Shown here in pieces: positions 27,184-37,093 of a DNA stretch of 64,000 nt (positions are counted from its first letter, which is position 1; each line of letters opens with the position of its first letter). Both the position numbers and the translations under genes were made by a program. Origin of the DNA: a virus; the IMG/VR virus record IMGVR_UViG_3300033405_000004, positions 32,001-96,000 of that record. One strand, 5' to 3'. Under the pieces are notes generated by a model. That model had not been told where the DNA came from. It saw only the letters and a program-made list of their open reading frames with translations, and ran no database searches.

Positions 27184-28120
27184 CAGCCGCGGTGTTGCCG
27201 GCATCGACGACCTGGCGATCCTCGTCGTCGTTGTCGTCGTCGCGTGGGGAGGCCTGACGCTGGGCCGGATTTCCCTGCACAACCCGTTCGCGAAGAAGCC
27301 GCCGGTGGAGCAGGTCAAGCAGATGCAGGACCAAATCGATCAGACCACCAAGGAGCGGGACGCCGCCAAGCAGGACGCCGCCGCCGCCCGCCAGCAGGCC
27401 AAGGACGCCGAGGCTGACGCCAAGGCCGCGGTCAAGCTGCAGATCACTGACATCCAGCAGAATGACCGCGGCGCCCAGGTGTTCCTCGACAAGGTGGCCC
27501 CCGAGCACGTCACCGCCGAGGTCAAGGGCGCCCGTTCGTTTCTCCTGCACAACAACATCCACCTCGTGGCCTTGAACGGCAAGCTGTCGGACGACCTTGA
27601 GGCTCAGGTGCAGCAGCTGGTGGCCGACTGGGAGGCCGGCAAGGAGGCCGAGTTCAACGCGGCGATGGCGGCGAAGGACAAGGTGGTCGACGCCGCCCAC
27701 GCCGCCCAGGTGGTGGCCGAGACCAAGGAGCAGCAGCAGACCCAGCGGGCCGATGACGCCTACAAGCTGGTGGACCAGAAGGACGCTACCATCGCGGACG
27801 AGCGGGTGAAGGAGAAGGGCTACCAGCAGCAGATCTCCGCGTGGATCACCAAGCGGCTGTCGTCTGAGACTCTCGCGGCCGACGCCCAGCACGCGGCCGA
27901 CTTCCTGTTTTGGTGCCTGATCGCCTATATTAGCCTGCACCTGTTTAGCGCATGGGTCGCGCCGGGCTGGCTCTCGCACATGCCGGCATGTGCCCTCAAG
28001 ACCGTGCTGCACAAGGTGACTGGCATCCTCGCCGGGGGCCTGCACTTTATCAAACACGAGCAGACCATCGCCAAGCTGACCGCCGGCGCCGTGACCGTTA
28101 GCTCCGCCGGCACGAAGTGA
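27173..28120 (+). CDS. Membrane-anchored coiled-coil protein (possibly spanin/lysis-related)
   Basis: N-terminal TM, long Q/A/K coiled coil, C-terminal hydrophobic segments. Confidence 0.6.
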   Translation: MRFNSRGVAGIDDLAILVVVVVVAWGGLTLGRISLHNPFAKKPPVEQVKQMQDQIDQTTKERDAAKQDAAAARQQAKDAEADAKAAVKLQITDIQQNDRGAQVFLDKVAPEHVTAEVKGARSFLLHNNIHLVALNGKLSDDLEAQVQQLVADWEAGKEAEFNAAMAAKDKVVDAAHAAQVVAETKEQQQTQRADDAYKLVDQKDATIADERVKEKGYQQQISAWITKRLSSETLAADAQHAADFLFWCLIAYISLHLFSAWVAPGWLSHMPACALKTVLHKVTGILAGGLHFIKHEQTIAKLTAGAVTVSSAGTK

Positions 28121-28121
28121 C

Positions 28122-28340
28122 ATGTCCCTGAGGCACTACATGCCGGCGGTCGGGACCAAGTTCCTGTTCAAGGGGGTGGACAGCCACTTCAACGCGTATG
28201 ATCTGCATGGCGAGGTCGCGGCCGTGGATTTCGTTGAGCAGTTCGTGAAGATGAAGAGCGGCGACGCTGTGAGTTTCGAGGCGTGGGAGTGGATGATGGA
28301 GAACTGCCGCAGCCAGTTCGTGTTCATCAACGGGGCCTGA
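28122..28340 (+). CDS. Hypothetical protein
   Basis: Tightly packed ORF. Confidence 0.6.
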   Translation: MSLRHYMPAVGTKFLFKGVDSHFNAYDLHGEVAAVDFVEQFVKMKSGDAVSFEAWEWMMENCRSQFVFINGA

Positions 28341-28344
28341 CTTT

Positions 28345-28788
28345 ATGCCTAAAATCGACGTAAGCAAAGTGGCCGAGATACTGCAGCACAACAAGCTGCC
28401 GCCGGAGCAGCTTCGGCGCATCATCGAGGAGATCAACAACGCCGTCAGGCGGCGGGCCGAGGAGGACGAAGGGAAGGAGCCCGCCGTCAAGAAGCAGTGG
28501 GTCATCCTCGTCTCCGACCCGACCGGACCGGCCGGCAGGTCGTACACGGGCTGGGTCGTCCAGCTCCCTGAAAGCGAGAGCGCGCTGACGGCGCTGGACC
28601 GCGTCCACATGGCGGCCTATGACTTCAACGCCTCGAAGCGGGGCCGGCTGCTGCCGGTGAAGACGGTGGGCGAGGCGCTGGAGAGCGTGCCCGCCAAACA
28701 CTTTAAGGGGGCCGAGCTCTGGGTGAAGACCAAGACCCCCGTCCAGGTTCTGACCACGGACAACAAGATCCCTGTCGCCAGCGAATAA
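28345..28788 (+). CDS. Hypothetical protein
   Basis: Globular-looking ORF with phage codon usage. Confidence 0.7.
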   Translation: MPKIDVSKVAEILQHNKLPPEQLRRIIEEINNAVRRRAEEDEGKEPAVKKQWVILVSDPTGPAGRSYTGWVVQLPESESALTALDRVHMAAYDFNASKRGRLLPVKTVGEALESVPAKHFKGAELWVKTKTPVQVLTTDNKIPVASE

Positions 28789-28867
28789 GGCGGCACGCCT
28801 AGCCTATCCATGACTGGCCGCACTGGGCTGTGGCAGGCCGTGGCACGCCGCTTTCGATAGTTAAGAC

Positions 28868-29287
28868 GTGGCAACCACTTTGAGCAGGGCTCAGATAGAT
28901 CGCGTCGTCGAGCAGGCGTGGTACGTCGTCAGCGTCAACGCGCACACTGTCGACACCGCTGGCGTGGCCATCTCCGGCTTCTACGGGAACGACGTCGTCT
29001 ACTCCGGGGAGGGCTCCAAGGGCATCGCTTACCTCCAGAAGCAGCTCGCCAACTGGCCGAAGGCCGCGCTCCAGCTCGATGTGCCGGTCGCCCCGCCCAA
29101 GCCGCCCCCGCCGGCGGTCAACCCCTACGACGCCTTCATCGAGAACTCCATCGAGGGCCCGGCGCTCCAGGCCGGGGCCAACTGGCTCACCATCACCAGG
29201 GACGACCTGGAGGCCGTGCGCCAGGCGTTCATCGCCAGGTGGGGCGACGTCTGGAAGCCCAACGTCTACTTGACCCATGGTGCGTGA
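28868..29287 (+). CDS. Hypothetical late protein
   Basis: TAGTTAAG upstream. Confidence 0.7.
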   Translation: MATTLSRAQIDRVVEQAWYVVSVNAHTVDTAGVAISGFYGNDVVYSGEGSKGIAYLQKQLANWPKAALQLDVPVAPPKPPPPAVNPYDAFIENSIEGPALQAGANWLTITRDDLEAVRQAFIARWGDVWKPNVYLTHGA

Positions 29288-29624
29288 CGTCCCCGTCCAG
29301 GTCGAGCAGTCCAGGCGGAAGATCTGCGGGCGCTGCCTGGCGAGGTGCCCAGGCTTCCTCTCCGGCTCGCTCCGGCTGGACCTGGCGGCGTCCCGCTGCC
29401 CGCACCCCGCCGGCGCCCGGTGGGCCCCGTTCCTGCCGGGGGCGCCCGTCGTCCCACCCACGCTCGGCGCCGGGACGGCCTTTTCCTACCTCGCGCGGCC
29501 GGTGGCCAGGGTCGCCGACGCCGTGCTCAGGACCAACCTCGCCAACTGCCCGGGGTGCGCCGACCGCAAGGTGCGGTGGGACAGGAAGGTGCCCGACATA
29601 ATCCATCCGTGGCGCCGTGGTTAG
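29277..29624 (+). CDS. Cys-rich hypothetical protein
   Basis: CxxC...CP...CxxCxxRK. Confidence 0.6.
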   Translation: MVRDVPVQVEQSRRKICGRCLARCPGFLSGSLRLDLAASRCPHPAGARWAPFLPGAPVVPPTLGAGTAFSYLARPVARVADAVLRTNLANCPGCADRKVRWDRKVPDIIHPWRRG

Positions 29625-29631
29625 TTAGGGC

Positions 29632-31356
29632 GTGGCCGATCAGGTAACCCAGTTCAACTTCGTCGACAGGTCTTTCGCCAACCCCGTCGCCTGGGAGTGG
29701 GACTTCGGCGACGGCGCCACCTCCGACGCCCAGAATCCGTCCCACGCCTACCCGTCGGGCACCGGGGTGTACCTCGCCCGGCTGACCGCGTCGGCCCTGG
29801 CCTGCGGCGGCGGCCTGACCAGCGGCACCGTGTGGCACCCTGTGGTCATCCGCAACGTGCAGGTGTACTCCTCCACGATCGTCACCGGCGTGACCTACAT
29901 CGGCGGCTTCGTCTGGTACGGCTTTTACCCCTACACTTACACCGGCTTCGACGGCGTGAACGTGCCCGACCGGTACCTGACCAAGACGGTCTCCGGCTCC
30001 CAGAGCCAGGACCAGTACCCCGACGGCTACATCCTCCCGCCGATGGGCAACATCACCATCGGCCAGCTCGGCGGCTCGGTCGAGATAGACCACTCCACCG
30101 GCGCGGTCGTCAGCAACACCATGGTCGGCACGCAGACCTTGATCGGCAACTTCTGCACCGGCCTTTCCTGGCGTGGCTCCTACGGAGGCTCCACGGCGAC
30201 CATTTCCTACCAGGTTTACGGCAGCCAGATCGAGGACTTCCTGGTCGCCGGCGGCACCGTCGTCCTTGAGCCCACGGTCAAGCAGTACGTCGTGTCGCCC
30301 GTCCCCTTCCCGACCGGCGGGGGCTACGTGTGCACCTACTGCGACAACGGGGTGTGGGGCCACAACAACGACGACCCGGACCCGTCCGACACCGGCTTCG
30401 ATCCGCCGACGGAAGTCTTGTCGAACAAGATGACCTTGGCCGAGGCGGCGGCCAACGGCGGCGCCACGCAGGTCCCCTGCACCTACAGCTCCAGCGTGTC
30501 GAGCTTCAACCCGGCCACGGGGGCCATGAACTGCACCGCCTCAACCCTCACCATCGGGTACCTCAAGCCGAGCACGACCGGCCAGTTCCTGGTGACGCTC
30601 ACCTACAACGTGCAGGCCATCGGCGGGGGCCCGACCACCACGCTGACCAAATCGTACGCTCAGACCGTCGGCGTGGGCGGCTATCTGACCAGCTTCTCGG
30701 TGGACGTCCCGATGATGGTGGGCTACACGGTCACGCTGGCCTCGTGCGTGGTGCTGGACATCCTTGAGTGCTCGGACGACTTCGAGGAGCTCACCAGCCA
30801 AAGTTGGTATGGCAACCTTGCCGCGGGCTACCCGGTGACTGCGAACGGTACGTACGCCCCCGTTTTCGGCTCGGTGCAGCCCGCGGCCGAGTGCAGCTCG
30901 GACTGGGAGGACGCCACCTCGTCGGGGCCGATTCTCACCGACCCCTGGGGCTACTACTGGGCGGCGGCCGGCACGTTCTCGACTGCCAATTATTTGGAGG
31001 CCTCCGACGACTTTGAGGAGTGGGGCGGCTCGGGTTCGGGCGTGGTCGTCGCCAACCCGGTGGGCTTCTGGTCCAAGGGCCTCGGATGGGCCACCCCCTT
31101 CGGCTTCTTCCAGACGATAACGTACGCGGTCTGCACCGACGACTTCGAGAGCTACGCGGTCGGGGCCATCACTGACCTGAACAACACCTCGCAGGCCCTC
31201 AACAGCAACCAGAACTGGTCCGGCGACGGGGTCTTCGGCCTCGTCGTCTACCTGACGGCGTACGACGACTTCGAATCCTACCCGGCGGGGCCGATCGCGA
31301 CCCTGCCCGCGGGCGGCGGTTCCTGGTCCGGCGCGGGCGCCATCGGTTCGGCGTAA
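29632..31356 (+). CDS. PKD-domain virion/tail protein with DDFE repeats
   Basis: FVDRS..NPVAWEWDFGDGATS..QNPSHAY PKD signature; repeated xDDFE[ES] units. Confidence 0.8.
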   Translation: MADQVTQFNFVDRSFANPVAWEWDFGDGATSDAQNPSHAYPSGTGVYLARLTASALACGGGLTSGTVWHPVVIRNVQVYSSTIVTGVTYIGGFVWYGFYPYTYTGFDGVNVPDRYLTKTVSGSQSQDQYPDGYILPPMGNITIGQLGGSVEIDHSTGAVVSNTMVGTQTLIGNFCTGLSWRGSYGGSTATISYQVYGSQIEDFLVAGGTVVLEPTVKQYVVSPVPFPTGGGYVCTYCDNGVWGHNNDDPDPSDTGFDPPTEVLSNKMTLAEAAANGGATQVPCTYSSSVSSFNPATGAMNCTASTLTIGYLKPSTTGQFLVTLTYNVQAIGGGPTTTLTKSYAQTVGVGGYLTSFSVDVPMMVGYTVTLASCVVLDILECSDDFEELTSQSWYGNLAAGYPVTANGTYAPVFGSVQPAAECSSDWEDATSSGPILTDPWGYYWAAAGTFSTANYLEASDDFEEWGGSGSGVVVANPVGFWSKGLGWATPFGFFQTITYAVCTDDFESYAVGAITDLNNTSQALNSNQNWSGDGVFGLVVYLTAYDDFESYPAGPIATLPAGGGSWSGAGAIGSA

Positions 31357-31365
31357 TTAAAGCGT

Positions 31366-32136
31366 ATGGCTGAGATTTACCAAACTCTCGCCCTGGAGAA
31401 CGCCCTCATCCTAGAGTCGAGGGAGTACATGCTGCGGCAGTTCAACTTCCAGAACGCCGGCAACCCTTGGACCGAGATGCGCATGGGCATGCTCTACGCG
31501 GGCGTCTCGTTGACGAACGACAACGTCAACTCCGCGGCTGAGGACGTCGTCGTCTCCAGCGCCGCCGACCGGATAGCCTTCGGGATAAAGGATTCGGGCG
31601 CGGCGATCCCCGGCACGACTGGCTCGCCTAGCTCGTGCCTCTTCCTGGGGGCCACCACCGCCCTTGACGCGGTCGTGTTCCACGTGCCCAGCTCCTACGT
31701 CAACGTCGAGGGGGGCGGCCAGAACAGCTTTGGTAGCTACGGGGTGGGGGGAAACTTGGCGGCGTGCGGGGCCGTGGACGCCAGCTACATCAGCGGCTAC
31801 AATGCCGAGTACCTCGACCGGATGCTCTTCCCCACGGTGGCCAGCGGCGCCAACAACTACTGCGGGTTCTACGCGCTCAGATTCGTAATCGCCAACCAGG
31901 GGCTGGCCGCGCAGACGGTGACCATATCCGACTCCACCTCCCAGCCCGTCGGGGTGCCGTACACGGTGGCCGCGCTGCGGACCCTGATCAACAACGCGAG
32001 CTACCAGAACGCCCGGGTGATCGCCTGGAACAACGGCTCGACCGCATACGCGATCCCGAACTGCTGGTTCCTGCGGCTCCCGTTCTACAACAACCGCATC
32101 CGCATCTCGGCGCTCGACATGATCATGATCAGCTAG
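31366..32136 (+). CDS. Putative tail/receptor-binding protein, paralog A
   Basis: Thr/Gly/Asn-rich beta-type sequence; shares N- and C-termini with paralog B. Confidence 0.7.
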   Translation: MAEIYQTLALENALILESREYMLRQFNFQNAGNPWTEMRMGMLYAGVSLTNDNVNSAAEDVVVSSAADRIAFGIKDSGAAIPGTTGSPSSCLFLGATTALDAVVFHVPSSYVNVEGGGQNSFGSYGVGGNLAACGAVDASYISGYNAEYLDRMLFPTVASGANNYCGFYALRFVIANQGLAAQTVTISDSTSQPVGVPYTVAALRTLINNASYQNARVIAWNNGSTAYAIPNCWFLRLPFYNNRIRISALDMIMIS

Positions 32137-32139
32137 CCT

Positions 32140-32949
32140 ATGGCCGAGATCTACAACAACACTGTCGAAAACACCCTCATCCTGGCGCCGAGGGAGTACG
32201 TTTCGCGGCCGTTCAGCTTTGGCGCGTCGTGGACGGAGATCCGTATGGGGATGTTCTTTGGTCTGGTTTCCGCAGTTGGCGACAATGTCAACTCCGTTGC
32301 GGAGACCGTGGCCATCGCGAGCGCCGCCGACCGGATAACTTTTGGGATAAAGGACTCTAGCGCGGTGGTCCCCGGCGCGGTGGGCTCCCAGTTTCTCGGC
32401 GCGATCACGAACTACGCTTCGGGCGCCTACGGCTATCCGCCCACCTCGCAGAACGTCGTCGGGGCTGGTTTGAACTGGGTTGGCACCAATTATGCCGCCA
32501 GTGGAAACAACACCCTGTGCGCGGTGGGGGCCAACGGCACGACCCTCGCGACGGCGGCGTCGCAAGCGGCTCCAGGGACGCCGGTGACTTCGGGTTACAG
32601 CACCACGATGGATAACATGTGGTACCCCACGACGATCAGTGGCGTGTCGAGCTACTGCGGGTTCTTCGGGCTCCGGTTCGTCATCGCCAACGCCGGGTTG
32701 GCCACGCAGACGGTTACCATCTGGTATTCGAGCAATGGTCAGCAGGCTGTTGCTGGAAGCAATTATTCGGTGCCTGCGCTGCAGACTTTGCTCAACAACA
32801 CGGCTTGGGGCGGCACTGGTAACACTTGGATCATCCAGTGGAACAACGGCTCGGTCGCCTACTCCATTCCGAGCTATTGGTGGTTGCGGCTCCCACTCTA
32901 CAACAACCGCATCAGAATCTCCGCGATGGAGATCATGAAGATCAGCTAG
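32140..32949 (+). CDS. Putative tail/receptor-binding protein, paralog B
   Basis: MAEIY...WTE.RMGM...LRLP.YNNRIRISA. Confidence 0.7.
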   Translation: MAEIYNNTVENTLILAPREYVSRPFSFGASWTEIRMGMFFGLVSAVGDNVNSVAETVAIASAADRITFGIKDSSAVVPGAVGSQFLGAITNYASGAYGYPPTSQNVVGAGLNWVGTNYAASGNNTLCAVGANGTTLATAASQAAPGTPVTSGYSTTMDNMWYPTTISGVSSYCGFFGLRFVIANAGLATQTVTIWYSSNGQQAVAGSNYSVPALQTLLNNTAWGGTGNTWIIQWNNGSVAYSIPSYWWLRLPLYNNRIRISAMEIMKIS

Positions 32950-34013
32950 TAGCTGAACGTGACCGGGTGGACGGGCTGGTTCGGCGCCGCGGCGGCGCAC
33001 ACGTATGCGACGGGCAGGGCGAAGTTCAGGGCGACGAACAGCCAGAGCGCCCACGCCGGAAGCCGCGTCCGGCTCGCGCCGAGCACCGCCCACGGCAGCA
33101 GAACGGCGATGGATCGGCTGGAGTCCCACGCGAGGAAGTAGACCACCAGCAGGCAGGCCGCGCCGATCGCCATCGCCCACCGGGCCAACGCGCCGCCGAA
33201 GGCGGGGCGCGAGTCCCAAACTATCCAGAGCGTCGGGGCGATCACCAGCCAGCCCGCGCGCCAGCCGTGCCACCAGCCGACGGGGAGCCAAGCCGCGAAG
33301 TTCGCGAAGCAGCCCCCCTGCATCCTGATCTGCTCACCCACGCCGGGGTCCCCGGTGAAGTGGGCGTAGAGGCGCCCCGCGCAATAGGGCAGCGCGCCGA
33401 GGGCGGGCCACAGGCCGCGCGGCCAGCCGCTGCGCCGGTCGACGCCGCGCAGGGCGGCGCAGAGCGGGAGGGCGAGCAGGAACCGCTCGTCGACCCACGG
33501 CCCGAAGAGGCACGCGGCCAGCGCCACGGTCGGCGACGGCGAGAGGCTGAACGCCAGCAGCGGCAGGAGGTACCACGCGTCCATCGCGAAGACCCACGGC
33601 CCGCTCGTCCACGCCGACGAGGTCACGAAGAGGCCCGCCGCCACGGCGATCCGCGCCGGGTCGCGGCTGTCGCGCCAGGCGTAGTGCATGACCGCGAGCA
33701 GCAGGACGATCGAGCCGAGCCACGGCACCCAGAGGTACTGCTGGTCGGAGAGGCCGAGGTCGTGGCAGACGACGGGCACCAGCATGCGCCAGCGCATCGC
33801 GTGGGCGACGCCGGTCTGCATGCAGAAGGCGTAGGCCCGGTCCCAGTGCACCGGGTCGTGCAGCTGGGCCAGCAGGGGCGGCACGCGGATGCCCTCGTGG
33901 TTGATGTCGATTAGGCCGCAGGGCAGCGACTTCGGCGGGTAGCGGTAGAGTGACAGCAGGGCGAGCGCAACGGAGCCCGCCACGGCCAGGGAGAGGCGCA
34001 TGGGTTTCGTCAT
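32946..34013 (-). CDS. Multi-pass membrane protein (GT-C-like candidate)
   Basis: Many hydrophobic segments; own promoter TTTACA-17-CATAAT, 7 nt before ATG 34013. Confidence 0.6.
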   Translation of the reverse strand: MTKPMRLSLAVAGSVALALLSLYRYPPKSLPCGLIDINHEGIRVPPLLAQLHDPVHWDRAYAFCMQTGVAHAMRWRMLVPVVCHDLGLSDQQYLWVPWLGSIVLLLAVMHYAWRDSRDPARIAVAAGLFVTSSAWTSGPWVFAMDAWYLLPLLAFSLSPSPTVALAACLFGPWVDERFLLALPLCAALRGVDRRSGWPRGLWPALGALPYCAGRLYAHFTGDPGVGEQIRMQGGCFANFAAWLPVGWWHGWRAGWLVIAPTLWIVWDSRPAFGGALARWAMAIGAACLLVVYFLAWDSSRSIAVLLPWAVLGASRTRLPAWALWLFVALNFALPVAYVCAAAAPNQPVHPVTFSY

Positions 34014-34119
34014 GGGGCCGATTATGGCCGCCCATGCTGGGGCTGTAAACAAAAATGTTTATGACATTTTGTGGGCAGTGGCGGGCAACAATGCCATTCT
34101 TATCCCATGTAGTTAGGCC

Positions 34120-34497
34120 ATGAGGTTCGACGAGCACGACGAGACGATGCCCGCCGCCCAGGAGCTGGCCCGCAAGGCCCGCGAGCAGGGCTGGGAGGTC
34201 GAGCTGCACCACGACACCATCGACCTGCAGCGAGGCGGCGACTGGATCGACGTGGTCTACGACGACGGCCGCCCGGTCGAGGTCCGGGTGCTCGCCGGCT
34301 CCGTTGGCTTCGAGGGCCTGCTCGCCGTCGTCGAGCGGTCGGTGGACGAGTTCCTGGCGGCCATCGGCGGCGAACGCGCCGAGCTCAGGACGGCCATCGC
34401 GCCGGGCGTCCACGAGGCCATGCGCTGGCTGGCTGACCTGCCCCCGGTCCCGGAGGCCGACGGGATCAAGCCCATCCTCAGGCGGTTGCTCGGCTAG
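34120..34497 (+). CDS. Hypothetical late protein
   Basis: TAGTTAGG upstream. Confidence 0.65.
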   Translation: MRFDEHDETMPAAQELARKAREQGWEVELHHDTIDLQRGGDWIDVVYDDGRPVEVRVLAGSVGFEGLLAVVERSVDEFLAAIGGERAELRTAIAPGVHEAMRWLADLPPVPEADGIKPILRRLLG

Positions 34498-34907
34498 AAC
34501 GGGTCGCCGTCCTCCGGGTTCGGCTCGATCTGCGGCGCGGTGGCCGGCCACCGCTTGCTGTTCGTGTCCTCCGCCGCCCGGCGGGAGTTCTCGGCCACGG
34601 TGAGCAGCCGGATGTTGTCGATGGAGTAGCCGAGCCAGGACTTCACCCGGTCGATGGAGAGGCAGCGGCTGTTCCTGCCGCGGGCCGTGAGGTAGTCGGG
34701 GTGGCTCGCGCAGAAGGCTTTGAACTCCTCCAGGGTGATGGAGAATGGGATGCCCCGCCTCTTCGCGTTGGACCGGAGCTTGTTCAGCGTGTAGCTGGCC
34801 GGCTGGTTGGCCGCCCAGCGGCGGGTCGCGCAGCGGCAGCAGTAGGTGTTCCGCTTCTTCCGGGGCCGGCCGCAGCCGGGCGTCTTGCAGCGTCCAGTTT
34901 TGGGCAC
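34494..34907 (-). CDS. HNH-type endonuclease
   Basis: AKRRGIPFSIT...SIDRVKSWLGYSIDNIRLLTVAEN. Confidence 0.8.
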   Translation of the reverse strand: MPKTGRCKTPGCGRPRKKRNTYCCRCATRRWAANQPASYTLNKLRSNAKRRGIPFSITLEEFKAFCASHPDYLTARGRNSRCLSIDRVKSWLGYSIDNIRLLTVAENSRRAAEDTNSKRWPATAPQIEPNPEDGDPF

Positions 34908-34972
34908 GGAGGCGAAGAACGGATCGCTAGATGTTTACGCCGTCGGTTACAATCCGGTTCTATACTTACGGC

Positions 34973-35371
34973 ATGGCGCTGACACAGGCTGAGAAGGACG
35001 AAATCCAGAGGATGCTCGACGGCTTGCCCTGCAACGAGCACGGGCGCCTGAGCGAGGAGATGAGGTCCGAGCTGATCGGCTATCGGGAGACCATGCAGAC
35101 CCTCGCCAAGGCCATGGAGCGCCTCAGTCTCGTGGTGGTCGGCGACGACGAGCTCAAGATCGTCGGCCTGGGCCAGCGGGTGCAGCAGGTCGAGGGGGCG
35201 CAGAATAAGCTTCGGGAGGACGTGGAGAGGCGGTGGCAGCGGGACGACATCCAGCGCACCAAGATCGTCTTCTTCGTGATCGGGGCGGCTGCCGTGATGA
35301 ACGCCGCCTTCCGCCTCGTGGCATGGGTCGCCGGCCTTCTCGGCCTGGGCGGCATCCCCGGCCTTCATTAG
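34973..35371 (+). CDS. Coiled-coil protein with C-terminal TM (holin-like candidate)
   Basis: TACTTAC motif upstream; C-terminal hydrophobic helix. Confidence 0.55.
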   Translation: MALTQAEKDEIQRMLDGLPCNEHGRLSEEMRSELIGYRETMQTLAKAMERLSLVVVGDDELKIVGLGQRVQQVEGAQNKLREDVERRWQRDDIQRTKIVFFVIGAAAVMNAAFRLVAWVAGLLGLGGIPGLH

Positions 35372-35387
35372 TCCGTACTTAGGCATC

Positions 35388-36035
35388 ATGGACTCGCCGA
35401 CTGCAAGCACTTCTTTGAAGCCCCTGAGCAGCTACTTTGGCCGCGACTCGGCCTATTGGGGCGAGAAGGGCGACTGGCTTGTCGTCCTCGCCCACACCCG
35501 CGACTCCGATCTCATGGCGGAGTCCAACTGGCGCACCGTGCTCGCCTACCTTGGCGGCGAGCGGGGCGACGTCGCCATCGAGCGCGCCAGCCATTGGGGG
35601 CCGGGCTGGGTCGAGTACATGCTCGTCAACCCGTTCAACGTCGAGCTGGTCGAAAAGGCTGAGGCCGTCAGGGCGCAGCTCGACGACTACCCGGTTTTCG
35701 ACGAGGAGGACTGGAGCCGCTCGGAGATGGAGGAGTACGACCGCCAGTGGGAGGACTGGGGGGCCGGCGACTTCGTCAGGGAGCTTGAAAAGAAGCTCGA
35801 CCTCACCGACGAGGAGCGGGAGCGCTTGGAGGGCATGGACAAGGAGGAGCTCCGCGAGTTCTTCGAGTCGCTCATAGGTTCGGGCGAGTACTACGTCGAA
35901 GATGGCGATCCGAACATCAGATCTGCCATGAACAGCGCCAACGAGGCCGCCCTCCGGGGCTGGTGGACCCGGCGGGATGAGCAGGCTTCCGATGTGGTGA
36001 CCGGCCAGAAGTTCCTGGACTTGGGGGAGAGGTGA
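35388..36035 (+). CDS. Hypothetical acidic phage protein
   Basis: RDSDL..ESN...HWGPGWVE...LDDYPVFDEED. Confidence 0.75.
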   Translation: MDSPTASTSLKPLSSYFGRDSAYWGEKGDWLVVLAHTRDSDLMAESNWRTVLAYLGGERGDVAIERASHWGPGWVEYMLVNPFNVELVEKAEAVRAQLDDYPVFDEEDWSRSEMEEYDRQWEDWGAGDFVRELEKKLDLTDEERERLEGMDKEELREFFESLIGSGEYYVEDGDPNIRSAMNSANEAALRGWWTRRDEQASDVVTGQKFLDLGER

Positions 36036-36036
36036 C

Positions 36037-36489
36037 ATGCCCAGCGTGCTCCACGTCGAGGACGACCGCGGATTCAACGCAGCCCTGGCGGCCACGCTCG
36101 GCCCCGGCTTCGACCTGGCCCTGGCGACGACGCTGCAGGAGGCCATCGTGGCCGCGTGCACGCGGCAGTTCGACGGCTGCCTGCTCGACCTCAACCTGCC
36201 CGACTCCGAGGGGTTCGCGACCTTCCAGAAGTTCCGCTGCTGCGCGGACGTGCCCGTCATCGTGGTTACCGCCATCGACGACGACCAGCTGGCCCTCAAG
36301 GTGCTCCGCTCCGGGGCGAAAGACTTCTTCGGCAAGGACAAGATTTTCGACGCCGAGGGCCGCGCCCGGCTGGCCCGGTCCATCCGGTGGCACTTCGGCG
36401 ACGGGGCCAACGTCAAGTGCTCGGACATCCTGGCCCTCAGCCGCCGGATTCACGAGCGCGTGCTGGAGCGCTGTGCGATCAGTATTTAG
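36037..36489 (+). CDS. Response-regulator receiver (REC) protein
   Basis: VLHVEDD, LLDLNLPDSEG (phospho-Asp), VIVVTA, GAKDFFGK. Confidence 0.88.
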   Translation: MPSVLHVEDDRGFNAALAATLGPGFDLALATTLQEAIVAACTRQFDGCLLDLNLPDSEGFATFQKFRCCADVPVIVVTAIDDDQLALKVLRSGAKDFFGKDKIFDAEGRARLARSIRWHFGDGANVKCSDILALSRRIHERVLERCAISI

Positions 36490-36492
36490 ACC

Positions 36493-36771
36493 ATGAGCCT
36501 CATCGACGAAAAGAAGCTTACCTACAAAGCCAAGAAGAAGCTGCCGCGGGCGAGCTTCGCCATCCCCGGCAAACAGGACGGGGTCAAGGGCAAGTACCCG
36601 ATCCACGACGCGCCCCACGCCCGCAACGCCCTGGCGCGGGTGTCCGCCCACGGCTCCCCCGAGGAGAAGAAGAAGGTGCGCGCTGCCGTGCACCGCCGGT
36701 TCCCGGGCATCGGCAAGGACAGGAAGACCGAGTCGCTCGCGTGCACCCTGGTGGACCGCCTCCTGGAGTGA
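36493..36771 (+). CDS. Small basic phage protein (FAIP..YPIHD..HARNALARV family)
   Basis: Recognisable motif; ends TESLACTLVDRLLE. Confidence 0.7.
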   Translation: MSLIDEKKLTYKAKKKLPRASFAIPGKQDGVKGKYPIHDAPHARNALARVSAHGSPEEKKKVRAAVHRRFPGIGKDRKTESLACTLVDRLLE

Positions 36772-36774
36772 GCC

Positions 36775-37083
36775 ATGCGCGCCCGCCAGATACTTGAGTC
36801 GCTCCTCTTCCTGGAGGCGGGCGAGGGCCTCCGGCTCAGGCGCCACGGCTTCCGGCCGCTGACCGACGCCGACCGCCGCTACCTGCCCGCCGGTGTCGCC
36901 GCCGGCGACGTCGTGATCAAGGTCACGGACGATGGGGCGATTGTTTACGATTTCACAAGGCGGTACGTCGTCGAGTACGACAGGAATGGCAGGTCGCTTG
37001 ACGCGAGGCACATCTCCATCGACGACTTCGTCAACGAACTCGACCGCGAGGCCCGCCAGGCTAGGGTGGGCGCGGTCCGCTGA
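36775..37083 (+). CDS. Putative capsid-internal protein (leader MRARQILE)
   Basis: Shared leader. Confidence 0.65.
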   Translation: MRARQILESLLFLEAGEGLRLRRHGFRPLTDADRRYLPAGVAAGDVVIKVTDDGAIVYDFTRRYVVEYDRNGRSLDARHISIDDFVNELDREARQARVGAVR

Positions 37084-37093
37084 GTCCCCGCCC

